From Escherichia coli (GTDB lineage: Bacteria > Pseudomonadota > Gammaproteobacteria > Enterobacterales > Enterobacteriaceae), in assembly GCF_044324875.1 (NCBI RefSeq), contig NZ_CP172185.1: a stretch of DNA of 64,000 nt; one strand, 5' to 3'. Shown piece after piece: positions 46,332 to 57,655 of this stretch. The position numbers and the translations under genes are program-made. Every line of letters starts with the position of its first letter. The first letter of the stretch is position 1. Below the pieces are notes generated by a model. It worked only from the letters and a program-made list of their open reading frames with translations, was not told the DNA's origin and made no database searches.

Positions 46332-47866
46332 AAATTCGTTCACAAGTCGGCATGGTGCTGAATCTCGATAAGTGCATCGGCTGCCACACCTGTTCAGTTA
46401 CCTGTAAAAACGTCTGGACCAGCCGCGAAGGCGTGGAATACGCGTGGTTCAACAACGTGGAAACCAAGCCGGGCCAGGGCTTCCCGACTGACTGGGAAAA
46501 CCAGGAAAAATACAAAGGCGGCTGGATCCGTAAAATCAATGGCAAACTGCAACCGCGCATGGGTAACCGCGCCATGCTGCTGGGTAAAATCTTCGCTAAC
46601 CCGCATCTGCCGGGGATCGACGATTATTACGAGCCGTTCGATTTTGATTATCAGAATCTGCATACCGCGCCGGAAGGCAGCAAATCGCAGCCGATTGCCC
46701 GTCCGCGTTCGCTGATTACCGGGGAACGGATGGCGAAAATCGAAAAAGGGCCGAACTGGGAAGATGACCTGGGCGGTGAGTTTGACAAGCTGGCGAAAGA
46801 CAAGAACTTCGACAACATCCAGAAGGCGATGTATAGCCAGTTCGAAAACACCTTCATGATGTATTTGCCGCGCCTGTGCGAACACTGCCTGAACCCGGCA
46901 TGTGTGGCGACCTGCCCGAGCGGTGCGATTTACAAGCGTGAAGAAGATGGCATCGTCCTGATCGACCAGGATAAATGCCGTGGCTGGCGTATGTGCATCA
47001 CCGGATGCCCATACAAAAAAATCTACTTCAACTGGAAGAGCGGTAAGTCTGAGAAGTGCATCTTCTGCTATCCGCGTATTGAAGCGGGTCAGCCGACCGT
47101 GTGCTCTGAAACCTGTGTCGGTCGTATCCGTTATCTCGGCGTGCTGTTGTACGATGCCGACGCCATTGAACGTGCAGCCAGCACCGAGAACGAGAAAGAT
47201 CTCTACCAGCGTCAGCTGGAGGTGTTCCTCGATCCGAACGATCCGAAAGTCATCGAGCAGGCAATTAAAGACGGTATTCCGCTGAGCGTTATTGAAGCCG
47301 CACAGCAGTCGCCGGTTTATAAAATGGCGATGGAATGGAAACTGGCGCTGCCGCTGCATCCAGAATATCGCACACTGCCGATGGTCTGGTACGTGCCGCC
47401 TCTGTCTCCGATTCAGTCTGCAGCAGACGCGGGTGAGCTGGGCAGCAACGGCATTCTGCCAGACGTCGAAAGCCTGCGTATTCCGGTACAGTATCTGGCG
47501 AATCTGCTGACCGCCGGTGATACCAAACCGGTACTGCGCGCGCTGAAACGTATGCTGGCGATGCGTCATTACAAACGTGCTGAAACCGTTGACGGTAAAG
47601 TCGATACCCGTGCGCTGGAAGAGGTCGGTCTGACCGAAGCCCAGGCACAGGAGATGTACCGTTATCTGGCGATTGCTAACTACGAAGATCGCTTTGTGGT
47701 GCCGAGCAGTCATCGTGAACTGGCGCGGGAAGCCTTCCCGGAGAAAAATGGCTGCGGCTTTACCTTTGGTGATGGCTGCCACGGTTCAGATACCAAATTC
47801 AATCTGTTCAACAGCCGCCGTATCGATGCCATCGACGTAACCAGCAAAACGGAGCCGCACCCATGA
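46328..47866 (+). CDS. narH: Respiratory nitrate reductase A, beta subunit (Fe-S)
   Basis: 512-aa ORF with multiple Cys clusters (CIGCHTCSVTC, CEHCLNPACVATCP); overlaps the narG stop by 4 bp. Confidence 0.97.
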   Translation: MKIRSQVGMVLNLDKCIGCHTCSVTCKNVWTSREGVEYAWFNNVETKPGQGFPTDWENQEKYKGGWIRKINGKLQPRMGNRAMLLGKIFANPHLPGIDDYYEPFDFDYQNLHTAPEGSKSQPIARPRSLITGERMAKIEKGPNWEDDLGGEFDKLAKDKNFDNIQKAMYSQFENTFMMYLPRLCEHCLNPACVATCPSGAIYKREEDGIVLIDQDKCRGWRMCITGCPYKKIYFNWKSGKSEKCIFCYPRIEAGQPTVCSETCVGRIRYLGVLLYDADAIERAASTENEKDLYQRQLEVFLDPNDPKVIEQAIKDGIPLSVIEAAQQSPVYKMAMEWKLALPLHPEYRTLPMVWYVPPLSPIQSAADAGELGSNGILPDVESLRIPVQYLANLLTAGDTKPVLRALKRMLAMRHYKRAETVDGKVDTRALEEVGLTEAQAQEMYRYLAIANYEDRFVVPSSHRELAREAFPEKNGCGFTFGDGCHGSDTKFNLFNSRRIDAIDVTSKTEPHP

Positions 47867-48573
47867 TCGAACTCGTGATTGTATCGCGTCTCCTTGAATA
47901 TCCGGATGCTGCTTTATGGCAGCATCAACAAGAGATGTTTGAGGCAATTGCTGCGTCGAAAAATCTGTCGAAAGAAGATGCCCATGCGCTGGGCATTTTC
48001 CTGCGCGATTTAACGACGATGGATCCGCTCGATGCCCAGGCGCAGTACAGCGAACTGTTCGATCGTGGTCGCGCCACGTCGCTGTTGCTGTTTGAACACG
48101 TTCACGGGGAATCCCGCGATCGCGGTCAGGCGATGGTGGACCTGCTGGCACAGTACGAGCAGCACGGTTTGCAGTTAAACAGCCGCGAATTGCCCGACCA
48201 TTTGCCGCTGTATCTGGAGTATCTGGCGCAGCTGCCGCAAAGCGAAGCCGTGGAAGGTTTGAAAGATATCGCGCCGATTCTGGCATTGCTCTGCGCGCGT
48301 CTGCAACAGCGTGAAAGCCGTTATGCCGTGCTGTTTGATCTGCTGCTGAAACTGGCGAATACCGCAATCGACAGCGACAAAGTGGCGGAAAAAATTGCCG
48401 ACGAAGCGCGCGACGATACGCCGCAGGCGCTGGATGCTGTCTGGGAAGAAGAGCAGGTTAAATTCTTTGCTGACAAAGGCTGCGGTGATTCAGCCATCAC
48501 TGCTCATCAGCGTCGCTTTGCCGGTGCCGTCGCGCCGCAATATCTGAATATCACCACCGGAGGACAGCACTAA
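47863..48573 (+). CDS. narJ: Nitrate reductase assembly chaperone
   Basis: 236-aa ORF overlapping narH by 4 bp. Confidence 0.95.
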   Translation: MIELVIVSRLLEYPDAALWQHQQEMFEAIAASKNLSKEDAHALGIFLRDLTTMDPLDAQAQYSELFDRGRATSLLLFEHVHGESRDRGQAMVDLLAQYEQHGLQLNSRELPDHLPLYLEYLAQLPQSEAVEGLKDIAPILALLCARLQQRESRYAVLFDLLLKLANTAIDSDKVAEKIADEARDDTPQALDAVWEEEQVKFFADKGCGDSAITAHQRRFAGAVAPQYLNITTGGQH

Positions 48574-49250
48574 TGCAATTCCTGAATATGTTCTTCTTTG
48601 ATATCTACCCGTACATAGCCGGGGCGGTCTTCCTGATTGGTAGCTGGCTGCGTTATGACTACGGGCAGTACACCTGGCGCGCGGCGTCCAGCCAGATGCT
48701 GGATCGCAAAGGGATGAACCTGGCGTCGAACCTGTTCCATATCGGTATTCTGGGGATTTTTGTCGGTCACTTCTTCGGTATGCTGACGCCGCACTGGATG
48801 TATGAAGCCTGGCTGCCGATTGAAGTGAAACAGAAAATGGCGATGTTTGCTGGTGGTGCCAGCGGCGTGCTGTGTCTGATTGGCGGCGTGCTGTTGCTGA
48901 AGCGTCGTCTGTTCAGCCCACGCGTGCGTGCAACCACTACCGGAGCGGATATCCTGATCCTGTCGCTGCTCGTTATCCAGTGCGCGCTGGGCCTGTTGAC
49001 CATTCCGTTCTCCGCCCAACATATGGACGGTAGCGAGATGATGAAACTGGTTGGCTGGGCGCAGTCGGTAGTGACCTTCCACGGTGGCGCTTCTCAACAC
49101 CTTGATGGTGTGGCGTTTATCTTCCGTCTGCACCTGGTGCTGGGGATGACGTTATTCTTGCTGTTCCCGTTCTCACGTCTGGTGCACATCTGGAGCGTAC
49201 CGGTGGAGTATCTGACACGTAAGTATCAGCTGGTGCGCGCTCGTCACTAA
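48573..49250 (+). CDS. narI: Respiratory nitrate reductase A, gamma subunit (cytochrome b)
   Basis: 225-aa five-helix membrane ORF overlapping narJ by 1 bp. Confidence 0.95.
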   Translation: MQFLNMFFFDIYPYIAGAVFLIGSWLRYDYGQYTWRAASSQMLDRKGMNLASNLFHIGILGIFVGHFFGMLTPHWMYEAWLPIEVKQKMAMFAGGASGVLCLIGGVLLLKRRLFSPRVRATTTGADILILSLLVIQCALGLLTIPFSAQHMDGSEMMKLVGWAQSVVTFHGGASQHLDGVAFIFRLHLVLGMTLFLLFPFSRLVHIWSVPVEYLTRKYQLVRARH

Positions 49251-49271
49251 GCGAATTTAAGTTTGCATAGA

Positions 49272-49294
49272 CCCCGCTTCGGCGGGGTTTTTTT
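49272..49294 (+). terminator. Intrinsic terminator of the narGHJI operon
   Basis: CCCCGC-TTCG-GCGGGG followed by TTTTTTT, 22 nt after the narI stop. Confidence 0.85.
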
Positions 49295-49430
49295 ATGGGC
49301 ACGGTACGGGGTGAGTTGTCGGATGCGCTTCGCTTATCCGAACAACAGGGAAGGATATTGTAGGTCCGGTAAACGCGGTGCCATTGGGCAGAATTAGCTC
49401 GGAGTAACAGGTTTTGAGTATTTACAGGAA

Positions 49431-49964
49431 GTGATGGTGGTTGGGGAAGGATTATTCAGCGCTGCGCGCTTCACCCTTCGGGTCGTTGCCTGCGGCAACG
49501 CTCTCTCGCTGGCGCTCGAGTCGAACCTTGGTCGAAGCTTCTCATCCTTCCCCGCTTGGGCAGAATATTTAATTACGGATTCGTTTGAGAGTTCAGGGAC
49601 TTTTGAAAGTGATGGTGGTGGGGGAAGGATTACTCAGCGCTGCGCGCTTCGCCCTTCGGGTCGTTGCCTGCGGCAACGCTCTCTCGCTGGCGCTCGAGTC
49701 GAGCCTTGGTCGAAGCTTCTCATCCTTCCCCGCTTGGGCAGAATATTTAATTACGGATTCGTTTGAGAGTTCAGGGACTTTTGAAAGTGATGGTGGTGGG
49801 GGAAGGATTACTCAGCGCTGCGCGCTTCGCCCTTCGGGTCGTTGCCTGCGGCAACGCTCTCTCGCTGGCGCTCGAGTCGAGCCTTGGTCGAAGCTTCTCA
49901 TCCTTCCCCGCTTGGGCAGAATATTTAATTACGGATTCGTTTGAGAGTTCAGGGACTTTTGAAA
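49431..49964 (-). repeat. Three tandem 178-bp repeats downstream of tRNA-Tyr (rtT-type units)
   Basis: Units begin at 49431, 49609 and 49787 (exact 178-bp period); units 2 and 3 are identical, unit 1 has a few substitutions. Each begins with a copy of the tRNA-Tyr 3' end (TGGTGGTGGGGGAAGGATT). Confidence 0.85.
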
Positions 49965-49968
49965 GTGA

Positions 49969-50053
<85 letters not shown>

Positions 50054-50212
50054 ACGGGGTAATGCTTTTTACTGGCCTGCTCCCTTATCGGGAAGCGGGG
50101 CGCATCATATCAAATGACGCGCCGCTGTAAAGTGTTACGTTGAGAAAAATGAACTGGTTGCGTAATTTTCACCCGTAACGGATTAAAGGTAACCAGTTAT
50201 TTTTGCTGGCGA

Positions 50213-51055
50213 TTAAAGAATAATCGTCCGATTACCGTAAACAAAGACGCGCTGCGCCAGTACTTTGTAGAGTGCGCGACTTAAGACGTTTTTCTCGACG
50301 TCACGACCTGCGCGCATCATATCTTCAGCTGTGTAGGTATGATCGACATGAATAACGTCCTGCATGATGATTGGACCTTCGTCCAGATTGTCATTCACAT
50401 AGTGAGCGGTTGCGCCAATAATCTTCACGCCACGTTCATAGGCCTGGTGATAAGGACGTGCGCCGATAAACGCTGGCAGGAATGAATGGTGAATATTGAT
50501 GATCTTATTCGGGAAGCGTGCCACAAATTCTGGCGTTAATACCCGCATATACTTCGCCAGCACCACGTAGTCAGGCTGATAAGCATCAATGGCATCCGCC
50601 ATCTTTTGATCGTGCTCGTTGCGGCTTAACCCTTCATGGCTTACCAGCTCAAACGGAATATCAAAACGCTCAACCAGAGAACGTAAAGTATCGTGGTTAC
50701 CAATAACTGCCGCGATTTCGACATCCAGGCCGCCGTAATTGGCTTTCATCAACAAATCGCCGAGGCAATGCGCCTCTTTAGTGACCAGAATCACTATCCG
50801 GCGACGACCGGCAGGATTCAGCTCACGTACGGAGCCTTCTGGCAATGCGCTGTCGAGATCCGCCAGCAGGGTGGAATCATTAAAAATTCCTTCCAGTTCC
50901 GTGCGCATAAAAAAGCGCCCGGTACGGTGATCAACAAATTCATTGTTCTGTACGATATTTAACTCGTGCTTGTAGCAAATATTGGTAATACGTGCGATCA
51001 GACCTTTTTGGTCCGGACAAATAGTACGCAGAACTTTACGTTGGAGTGAATGCAT
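50213..51055 (-). CDS. purU: Formyltetrahydrofolate deformylase
   Basis: 280-aa ORF with an N-terminal ACT domain and formyltransferase core (MHSLQRKVLRTICPDQKGLIARIT…). Confidence 0.95.
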   Translation of the reverse strand: MHSLQRKVLRTICPDQKGLIARITNICYKHELNIVQNNEFVDHRTGRFFMRTELEGIFNDSTLLADLDSALPEGSVRELNPAGRRRIVILVTKEAHCLGDLLMKANYGGLDVEIAAVIGNHDTLRSLVERFDIPFELVSHEGLSRNEHDQKMADAIDAYQPDYVVLAKYMRVLTPEFVARFPNKIINIHHSFLPAFIGARPYHQAYERGVKIIGATAHYVNDNLDEGPIIMQDVIHVDHTYTAEDMMRAGRDVEKNVLSRALYKVLAQRVFVYGNRTIIL

Positions 51056-51104
51056 TGCTGGAAAAACCTTGTTGAGAGTGTTTGCTAAACCGTACCGTCA
51101 ACCA

Positions 51105-51563
51105 TTATTGGCCGCAGCACTTTTTAAATTTTTTACCTGAACCACAAGGGCAGGGATCGTTGCGGCCAAACTGCGGACGTGTACCGTCAATATAGTACCA
51201 TTGACCGTTTTCTTTCAAAAATCGCGAACGTTCAATGATTGCACCTGTTTTGCCACCTTCGGTATATCGCGCAACAAAACTGACAAATCCGATATTGTCG
51301 ACGTCCTGCCAACAATGTTCAAATACGGTCAATCCTAACCATTCAGTATGCGCAAATCCGGCAATCAATTCGGCACGTAACGCCGCCGCTCCACAAGATG
51401 GATGCCAGGTCTTTATTAAATAATCTGCGTCTTTCATCACAAAAGCGCAGTAACGCGAACGCATGAGATGTTCTGGATCAGGTGCAACCTTTTCACCAGA
51501 CACATAAGGGTGGCAACATAGGCTATACTCGACAGCACTACCACAGGGACAAAGCTGAGACAC
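51105..51563 (-). CDS. ychJ: UPF0225 / SEC-C-motif protein YchJ
   Basis: ORF 51105..51584; a GTG start at 51563 gives a 152-aa protein with Cys-rich motifs at both ends (CPCGS…, [14 protein letters not shown]). Confidence 0.85.
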   Translation of the reverse strand: MSQLCPCGSAVEYSLCCHPYVSGEKVAPDPEHLMRSRYCAFVMKDADYLIKTWHPSCGAAALRAELIAGFAHTEWLGLTVFEHCWQDVDNIGFVSFVARYTEGGKTGAIIERSRFLKENGQWYYIDGTRPQFGRNDPCPCGSGKKFKKCCGQ

Positions 51564-51675
51564 AAATAATCTCCCTGGAAACAATAACGGCGTATTAACC
51601 GCCTGAGTAGCACTATGTTAACCGAGCAGTAGCGATGTTGCTACGATTGCATTCCAGGGGAATCTTGCGGGAATA

Positions 51676-52581
51676 ATGAGAAAGATAAAAATAGGGCTGG
51701 CGCTGGGATCTGGCGCGGCGAGAGGTTGGTCGCATATTGGCGTTATTAATGCGCTAAAAAAAGTGGGTATTGAAATTGATATCGTTGCAGGATGTTCAAT
51801 TGGTTCGCTGGTGGGCGCTGCCTATGCATGCGATCGACTATCTGCGCTGGAAGATTGGGTGACCTCTTTCAGTTATTGGGATGTTTTACGCCTGATGGAT
51901 CTCTCCTGGCAGCGCGGTGGGTTACTGCGCGGCGAGCGTGTCTTCAATCAATATCGCGAAATAATGCCGGAAACAGAGATCGAAAATTGTTCCCGTCGCT
52001 TCGCGGCTGTTGCCACCAATTTAAGTACTGGGCGCGAATTATGGTTTACTGAAGGCGATCTCCATCTTGCTATTCGTGCATCATGCAGTATTCCAGGACT
52101 AATGGCACCCGTTGCGCATAACGGCTACTGGCTGGTTGATGGCGCTGTAGTTAACCCAATTCCTATTTCGCTCACGCGTGCATTGGGTGCTGATATTGTG
52201 ATAGCGGTCGACCTGCAGCACGATGCTCATTTGATGCAACAAGATCTGCTCTCCTTTAATGTTAGTGAAGAAAATAGCGAGAATGGTGATTCTCTGCCGT
52301 GGCATGCGCGTCTGAAAGAAAGGTTGGGCAGCATAACGACACGTCGGGCGGTGACAGCGCCAACGGCAACAGAGATTATGACCACTTCTATCCAGGTGCT
52401 GGAGAACCGCCTTAAAAGGAACCGCATGGCAGGTGATCCGCCCGATATTCTGATTCAACCTGTTTGCCCGCAAATATCTACGCTTGATTTCCATCGCGCG
52501 CACGCTGCCATTGCGGCTGGGCAGCTGGCAGTGGAAAAGAAAATGGATGAACTTTTGCCGTTGGTACGCACCAACATTTGA
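51676..52581 (+). CDS. rssA: Patatin-like phospholipase family protein RssA
   Basis: 301-aa ORF with the patatin motifs GGAARG and GCSIGS. Confidence 0.9.
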   Translation: MRKIKIGLALGSGAARGWSHIGVINALKKVGIEIDIVAGCSIGSLVGAAYACDRLSALEDWVTSFSYWDVLRLMDLSWQRGGLLRGERVFNQYREIMPETEIENCSRRFAAVATNLSTGRELWFTEGDLHLAIRASCSIPGLMAPVAHNGYWLVDGAVVNPIPISLTRALGADIVIAVDLQHDAHLMQQDLLSFNVSEENSENGDSLPWHARLKERLGSITTRRAVTAPTATEIMTTSIQVLENRLKRNRMAGDPPDILIQPVCPQISTLDFHRAHAAIAAGQLAVEKKMDELLPLVRTNI

Positions 52582-52672
52582 CCAGAATTTTTATCTACAC
52601 TTAAGTTAATTCTGACAGGCGCAGGTGGCAATAGCATGCCACTATTGAGTAAAGCCAGTCAGGGGAGAGAAC

Positions 52673-53686
52673 ATGACGCAGCCATTGGTCGGAAAACAGA
52701 TTCTCATTGTTGAAGATGAGCAGGTATTTCGCTCGCTTCTGGATTCGTGGTTTTCCTCATTGGGAGCGACAACGGTACTGGCGGCTGATGGGGTGGATGC
52801 CCTTGAGTTGCTGGGAGGTTTCACTCCAGACCTGATGATATGTGATATCGCGATGCCACGAATGAACGGGCTTAAACTGCTGGAGCATATACGTAACAGA
52901 GGCGACCAGACACCTGTTCTGGTGATATCTGCCACTGAAAATATGGCAGATATTGCCAAAGCGTTACGTCTGGGCGTTGAAGATGTTTTGCTGAAACCAG
53001 TTAAAGATCTGAATCGCTTGCGCGAGATGGTTTTTGCCTGTCTCTATCCCAGCATGTTTAATTCCCGCGTTGAGGAAGAGGAGAGGCTTTTTCGCGACTG
53101 GGATGCAATGGTTGATAACCCTGCCGCAGCGGCGAAATTATTACAGGAATTGCAACCGCCGGTTCAGCAGGTGATTTCCCATTGCCGGGTTAATTATCGT
53201 CAATTGGTTGCCGCGGACAAACCCGGCCTGGTGCTTGATATTGCCGCACTTTCGGAAAACGATCTGGCATTTTATTGCCTTGATGTCACCCGAGCTGGAC
53301 ATAATGGCGTACTTGCTGCCTTGTTATTACGCGCATTGTTTAACGGATTATTACAGGAACAGCTTGCACATCAAAATCAACGGTTGCCAGAGTTGGGCGC
53401 GTTATTGAAGCAGGTAAACCATTTACTCCGTCAGGCCAATCTACCGGGGCAGTTTCCGCTATTAGTTGGCTATTATCATCGCGAACTGAAAAATCTCATT
53501 CTGGTTTCTGCGGGTCTGAATGCGACATTAAATACTGGCGAACACCAGGTGCAAATCAGTAATGGTGTTCCGTTAGGCACTTTAGGTAACGCTTATTTGA
53601 ATCAATTGAGCCAGCGATGCGATGCCTGGCAATGCCAAATATGGGGAACCGGTGGTCGGCTTCGCTTGATGTTGTCTGCAGAATGA
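52673..53686 (+). CDS. rssB: RpoS proteolysis adaptor / response regulator RssB
   Basis: 337-aa ORF with an N-terminal receiver domain (ILIVEDEQVFRSLL…DLMICDIAMPRMNG) and PP2C-like C-terminal domain. Confidence 0.95.
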   Translation: MTQPLVGKQILIVEDEQVFRSLLDSWFSSLGATTVLAADGVDALELLGGFTPDLMICDIAMPRMNGLKLLEHIRNRGDQTPVLVISATENMADIAKALRLGVEDVLLKPVKDLNRLREMVFACLYPSMFNSRVEEEERLFRDWDAMVDNPAAAAKLLQELQPPVQQVISHCRVNYRQLVAADKPGLVLDIAALSENDLAFYCLDVTRAGHNGVLAALLLRALFNGLLQEQLAHQNQRLPELGALLKQVNHLLRQANLPGQFPLLVGYYHRELKNLILVSAGLNATLNTGEHQVQISNGVPLGTLGNAYLNQLSQRCDAWQCQIWGTGGRLRLMLSAE

Positions 53687-53887
53687 GCAAACGATAACGC
53701 GGGCTAAATTTGCATTACCTGCTAATGTCGGCTGGTGTTACTATCGTCGCCATTCGTATAAGTAATTGTCTTAATTATGCTAACTCGCCTCCTTTTCAGA
53801 ACTTAGCCCCTTCGGGGTGCTGATATACTGGGATGCGATACAGAAATATGAACACGTTCAAAACACGAACAGTCCAGGAGAATTTAA

Positions 53888-54796
53888 ATGGCTGCCATTA
53901 ATACGAAAGTCAAAAAAGCCGTTATCCCCGTTGCGGGATTAGGAACCAGGATGTTGCCGGCGACGAAAGCCATCCCGAAAGAGATGCTGCCACTTGTCGA
54001 TAAGCCATTAATTCAATACGTCGTGAATGAATGTATTGCGGCTGGCATTACTGAAATTGTGCTGGTTACTCACTCATCTAAAAACTCGATTGAAAACCAC
54101 TTTGATACCAGTTTTGAACTGGAAGCAATGCTGGAAAAACGTGTAAAACGTCAACTGCTTGATGAAGTGCAGTCTATTTGTCCGCCGCACGTGACTATTA
54201 TGCAAGTTCGTCAGGGGCTGGCGAAAGGCCTGGGACATGCGGTATTGTGTGCTCACCCGGTAGTGGGTGATGAACCTGTGGCTGTTATTTTGCCTGACGT
54301 TATTCTGGATGAATATGAATCCGATTTGTCACAGGATAACCTGGCAGAGATGATCCGCCGCTTTGATGAAACGGGTCATAGCCAGATCATGGTTGAACCG
54401 GTTGCTGATGTTACCGCATATGGCGTTGTGGATTGCAAAGGCGTTGAATTAGCGCCGGGTGAAAGCGTACCGATGGTTGGTGTGGTAGAAAAACCGAAAG
54501 CGGATGTTGCGCCGTCTAATCTCGCTATTGTGGGTCGTTACGTACTTAGCGCGGATATTTGGCCGTTGCTGGCAAAAACCCCTCCGGGAGCTGGTGATGA
54601 AATTCAGCTCACCGACGCAATTGATATGCTGATCGAAAAAGAAACGGTGGAAGCCTATCATATGAAAGGGAAGAGCCATGACTGCGGTAATAAATTAGGT
54701 TACATGCAGGCCTTCGTTGAATACGGTATTCGTCATAACACCCTTGGCACGGAATTTAAAGCCTGGCTTGAAGAAGAGATGGGCATTAAGAAGTAA
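53888..54796 (+). CDS. galU: UTP-glucose-1-phosphate uridylyltransferase
   Basis: 302-aa ORF with [26 protein letters not shown]. Confidence 0.96.
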
Positions 54797-54820
54797 CATC
54801 CGTATCGGTGTTATCCACGA

Positions 54821-54851
54821 AACGGCGTTGAGCAATCGACGCCGTTTTTTT
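54821..54851 (+). terminator. Intrinsic terminator after galU
   Basis: AACGGCGT … ACGCCGTT stem followed by TTTTTTT. Confidence 0.8.
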
Positions 54852-54889
54852 ATAGCTTATTCTTATTAAATTGTCTTAAACCGGACAAT

Positions 54890-54918
54890 AAAAAATCCCG
54901 CCGATGGCGGGATTTTTA
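54890..54918 (-). terminator. Intrinsic terminator after hns (possibly bidirectional)
   Basis: AAAAATCCCGCC-GAT-GGCGGGATTTTT: a GC stem flanked by an A-run and a T-run. Confidence 0.8.
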
Positions 54919-54940
54919 AGCAAGTGCAATCTACAAAAGA

Positions 54941-55354
54941 TTATTGCTTGATCAGGAAATCGTCGAGGGATTTACCTTGCTCATCCATTGCTTTTTTGAT
55001 TACAGCTGGAGTACGGCCCTGGCCAGTCCAGGTTTTAGTTTCGCCGTTTTCGTCAACGTAGCTATATTTTGCCGGACGCTGAGCACGTTTAGCTTTGGTG
55101 CCAGATTTAACGGCAGCAAGGCTATTCAGCAGTTCGTTCGGGTCAATACCGTCAGCGATCAGCATTTCGCGATATTGCTGCAGTTTACGAGTGCGCTCTT
55201 CAACTTCAGCAGCAGCCGCGCTTTCTTCTTCGCGACGTTCGTTAACAACAACTTCTAATTTTTCCAGCATTTCTTCCAGCGTTTCAAGTGTACATTCTCT
55301 TGCCTGCGCACGAAGAGTACGGATGTTGTTCAGAATTTTAAGTGCTTCGCTCAT
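54941..55354 (-). CDS. hns: Nucleoid-associated protein H-NS
   Basis: 137-aa [47 protein letters not shown]…. Confidence 0.97.
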
Positions 55355-55957
55355 TGTAGTAATCTCAAACTTATATTGGGGTGGTTTGTTGAGGTAATAA
55401 TAGAGCCTTAAATTCAGTTGTGCAATAGCCAGGAATGTAAGGAATTCAAAATTGTTCTTTATTTTGTGCCGCCAATAAATATCTTTTCATAAAATTAGCC
55501 AGAAAAGACGCGGCATATAGCCCTATTTGCGCCGATGATTTCGCAGCACGTGAGGTTAAAACTTCCTGATTCATGTCACATTTTATGGGGAGATTATCGT
55601 AGGCTGACGACCTTTCAGTCTTCTGTATTAGTCGTGTTTACGAGAATTCCCTATTAAGCGAATGATGAAAAGTAGAACAGTCGCAATAAGAGCAGGGACT
55701 TAGTATTGCACTATCTCCAGGAGGTCAACAGAGGGCTATTACTTGCGCAACAGGTTAAAGATTGTGAATAGTTACCAGCAGTCATTTACCCGCTTATAAC
55801 AAGCGAGGCAGTTGTAATGATAGCTCAGAAGGATTATGCAAGGCTTCGTAAGGGAGAACGCATATACCACTTCTGTGCATACTGTTGAGCTGAAAAACTG
55901 ACGAATTATGATAAACTCCAGCCAACTTTAATTCATATCATTGAGGGCCTGTGGCTG

Positions 55958-56575
55958 ATGGCACAGCTATATTTCTACTATTCCGCAATGAATGCGGGTA
56001 AGTCTACAGCATTGTTGCAATCTTCATACAATTACCAGGAACGCGGCATGCGCACTGTCGTATATACGGCAGAAATTGATGATCGCTTTGGTGCCGGGAA
56101 AGTCAGCTCGCGTATAGGTTTGTCATCGCCTGCAAAATTATTTAACCAAAATTCATCATTATTTGATGAGATTCGTGCGGAACATGAACAGCAGGCAATT
56201 CATTGCGTACTGGTTGATGAATGCCAGTTTTTAACCAGACAACAAGTATATGAATTATCGGAGGTTGTCGATCAACTCGATATACCCGTACTTTGTTATG
56301 GTTTACGTACCGATTTTCGAGGTGAGTTATTTATTGGCAGCCAATACTTACTGGCATGGTCCGACAAACTGGTTGAATTAAAAACCATCTGTTTTTGTGG
56401 CCGCAAAGCAAGCATGGTGCTGCGTCTTGATCAAGCAGGCAGACCTTATAACGAAGGTGAGCAGGTGGTTATTGGTGGTAATGAACGCTACGTTTCTGTA
56501 TGCCGTAAACACTATAAAGAAGCGTTAGAAGTCGGCTCATTAACGGCTATTCAGGAAAGGCATCGCCACGATTAA
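55958..56575 (+). CDS. tdk: Thymidine kinase
   Basis: 205-aa [33 protein letters not shown]… with P-loop. Confidence 0.96.
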
Positions 56576-56808
56576 TAAGAATTTCTTTACTGACAGGGTG
56601 AGCAGGGCGCTTTTATCCTGTCAGTTCGTTTTACTCACTTCATCCGGTGTATATACCCTTCTCGACAGTTCTTTAACGCCACTATACCCCTCACAGAGCG
56701 CTTTTACAGTGACGTTGACTTGTGGACCTGTAAAGTACAATATCGCTGTGTGTAGGCGTTATACATCGCCGTAAATATGATGAAGGCAAATGCGGTAATG
56801 ACTCCAAC

Positions 56809-57312
56809 TTATTGATAGTGTTTTATGTTCAGATAATGCCCGATGACTTTGTCATGCAGCTCCACCGATTTTGAGAACGACAGCGACTTCCGTCCCAGCC
56901 GTGCCAGGTGCTGCCTCAGATTCAGGTTATGCCGCTCAATTCGCTGCGTATATCGCTTGCTGATTACGTGCAGCTTTCCCTTCAGGCGGGATTCATACAG
57001 TGGCCAGCCATCCGTCATCCATATCACCACGTCAAAGGGTGACAGCAGGCTCATAAGACGCCCCAGCGTCGCCATAGTGCGTTCACCGAATACGTGCGCA
57101 ACAACCGTCTTCCGGAGCCTGTCATACGCGTAAAACAGCCAGCGCTGGCGCGATTTAGCCCCGACATAGCCCCACTGTTCGTCCATTTCCGCGCAGACGA
57201 TGACGTCACTGCCCGGCTGTATGCGCGAGGTTACCGACTGCGGCCTGAGTTTTTTAAGTGACGTAAAATCGTGTTGAGGCCAACGCCCATAATGCGGGCA
57301 GTTGCCCGGCAT
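56809..57312 (-). CDS. insB: IS1 transposase InsB
   Basis: 167-aa [61 protein letters not shown]…. Confidence 0.92.
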
Positions 57313-57506
57313 CCAACGCCATTCATGGCCATATCAATGATTTTCTGGTGCGTACCGGGTTGAGAAGCGGTGTAAGTGAACTGCAGTTGCCATGTTTTAC
57401 GGCAGTGAGAGCAGAGATAGCGCTGATGTCCGGCGGTGCTTTTGCCGTTACGCACCACCCCGTCAGTAGCTGAACAGGAGGGACAGCTGATAGAAACAGA
57501 AGCCAC
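57231..57506 (-). CDS. insA: IS1 protein InsA
   Basis: 91-aa [46 protein letters not shown]…; overlaps insB in the -1 frame. The A6C slippery run is visible as GTTTTTTAA on the plus strand (~57248-57256). Confidence 0.92.
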
Positions 57507-57602
57507 TGGAGCACCTCAAAAACACCATCATACACTAAATCAGTAAGTTGGCAGCATCACCGGCAAATGCTGTCGGTTTATGGGAAAGTTGCTTTGGGTA
57601 AA

Positions 57603-57632
57603 ACAAAAAAACGGCCCCAGAAGGGACCGTTT
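57603..57632 (-). terminator. Intrinsic terminator downstream of adhE
   Basis: Plus strand AAAAAAACGGCCCCAGAAGGGACCGTTTA: a stem-loop with a T-run on the minus strand, ~25 nt past the adhE stop. Confidence 0.7.
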
Positions 57633-57655
57633 ATGTTGCCAGACAGCGCTACTGA

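Larger units (their letters stand above)
56794..57561 (-). mobile_element. IS1 insertion sequence (768 bp), complete, with 9-bp target-site duplication
   Basis: The ends read GGTAATGACTCCAACTTATTGATAGTG… and …CAGTAAGTTGGCAGCATCACC (IS1 terminal inverted repeats). It is flanked by identical GGCAAATGC at 56785-56793 and 57562-57570, and contains insA and insB. Confidence 0.92.

Noticed and set aside
43350-47782. Long antisense ORFs inside narG and narH (43350..44513, 44586..45884, 46394..47782)
   Set aside because: They lie entirely within high-confidence nar genes on the opposite strand; long antisense ORFs are common in GC-rich, codon-biased genes.
49431-49964. Tandem repeat array as a possible CRISPR locus
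   Set aside because: The period is 178 bp with no short unique spacers between short repeats; the units are tRNA-associated rtT-type repeats.
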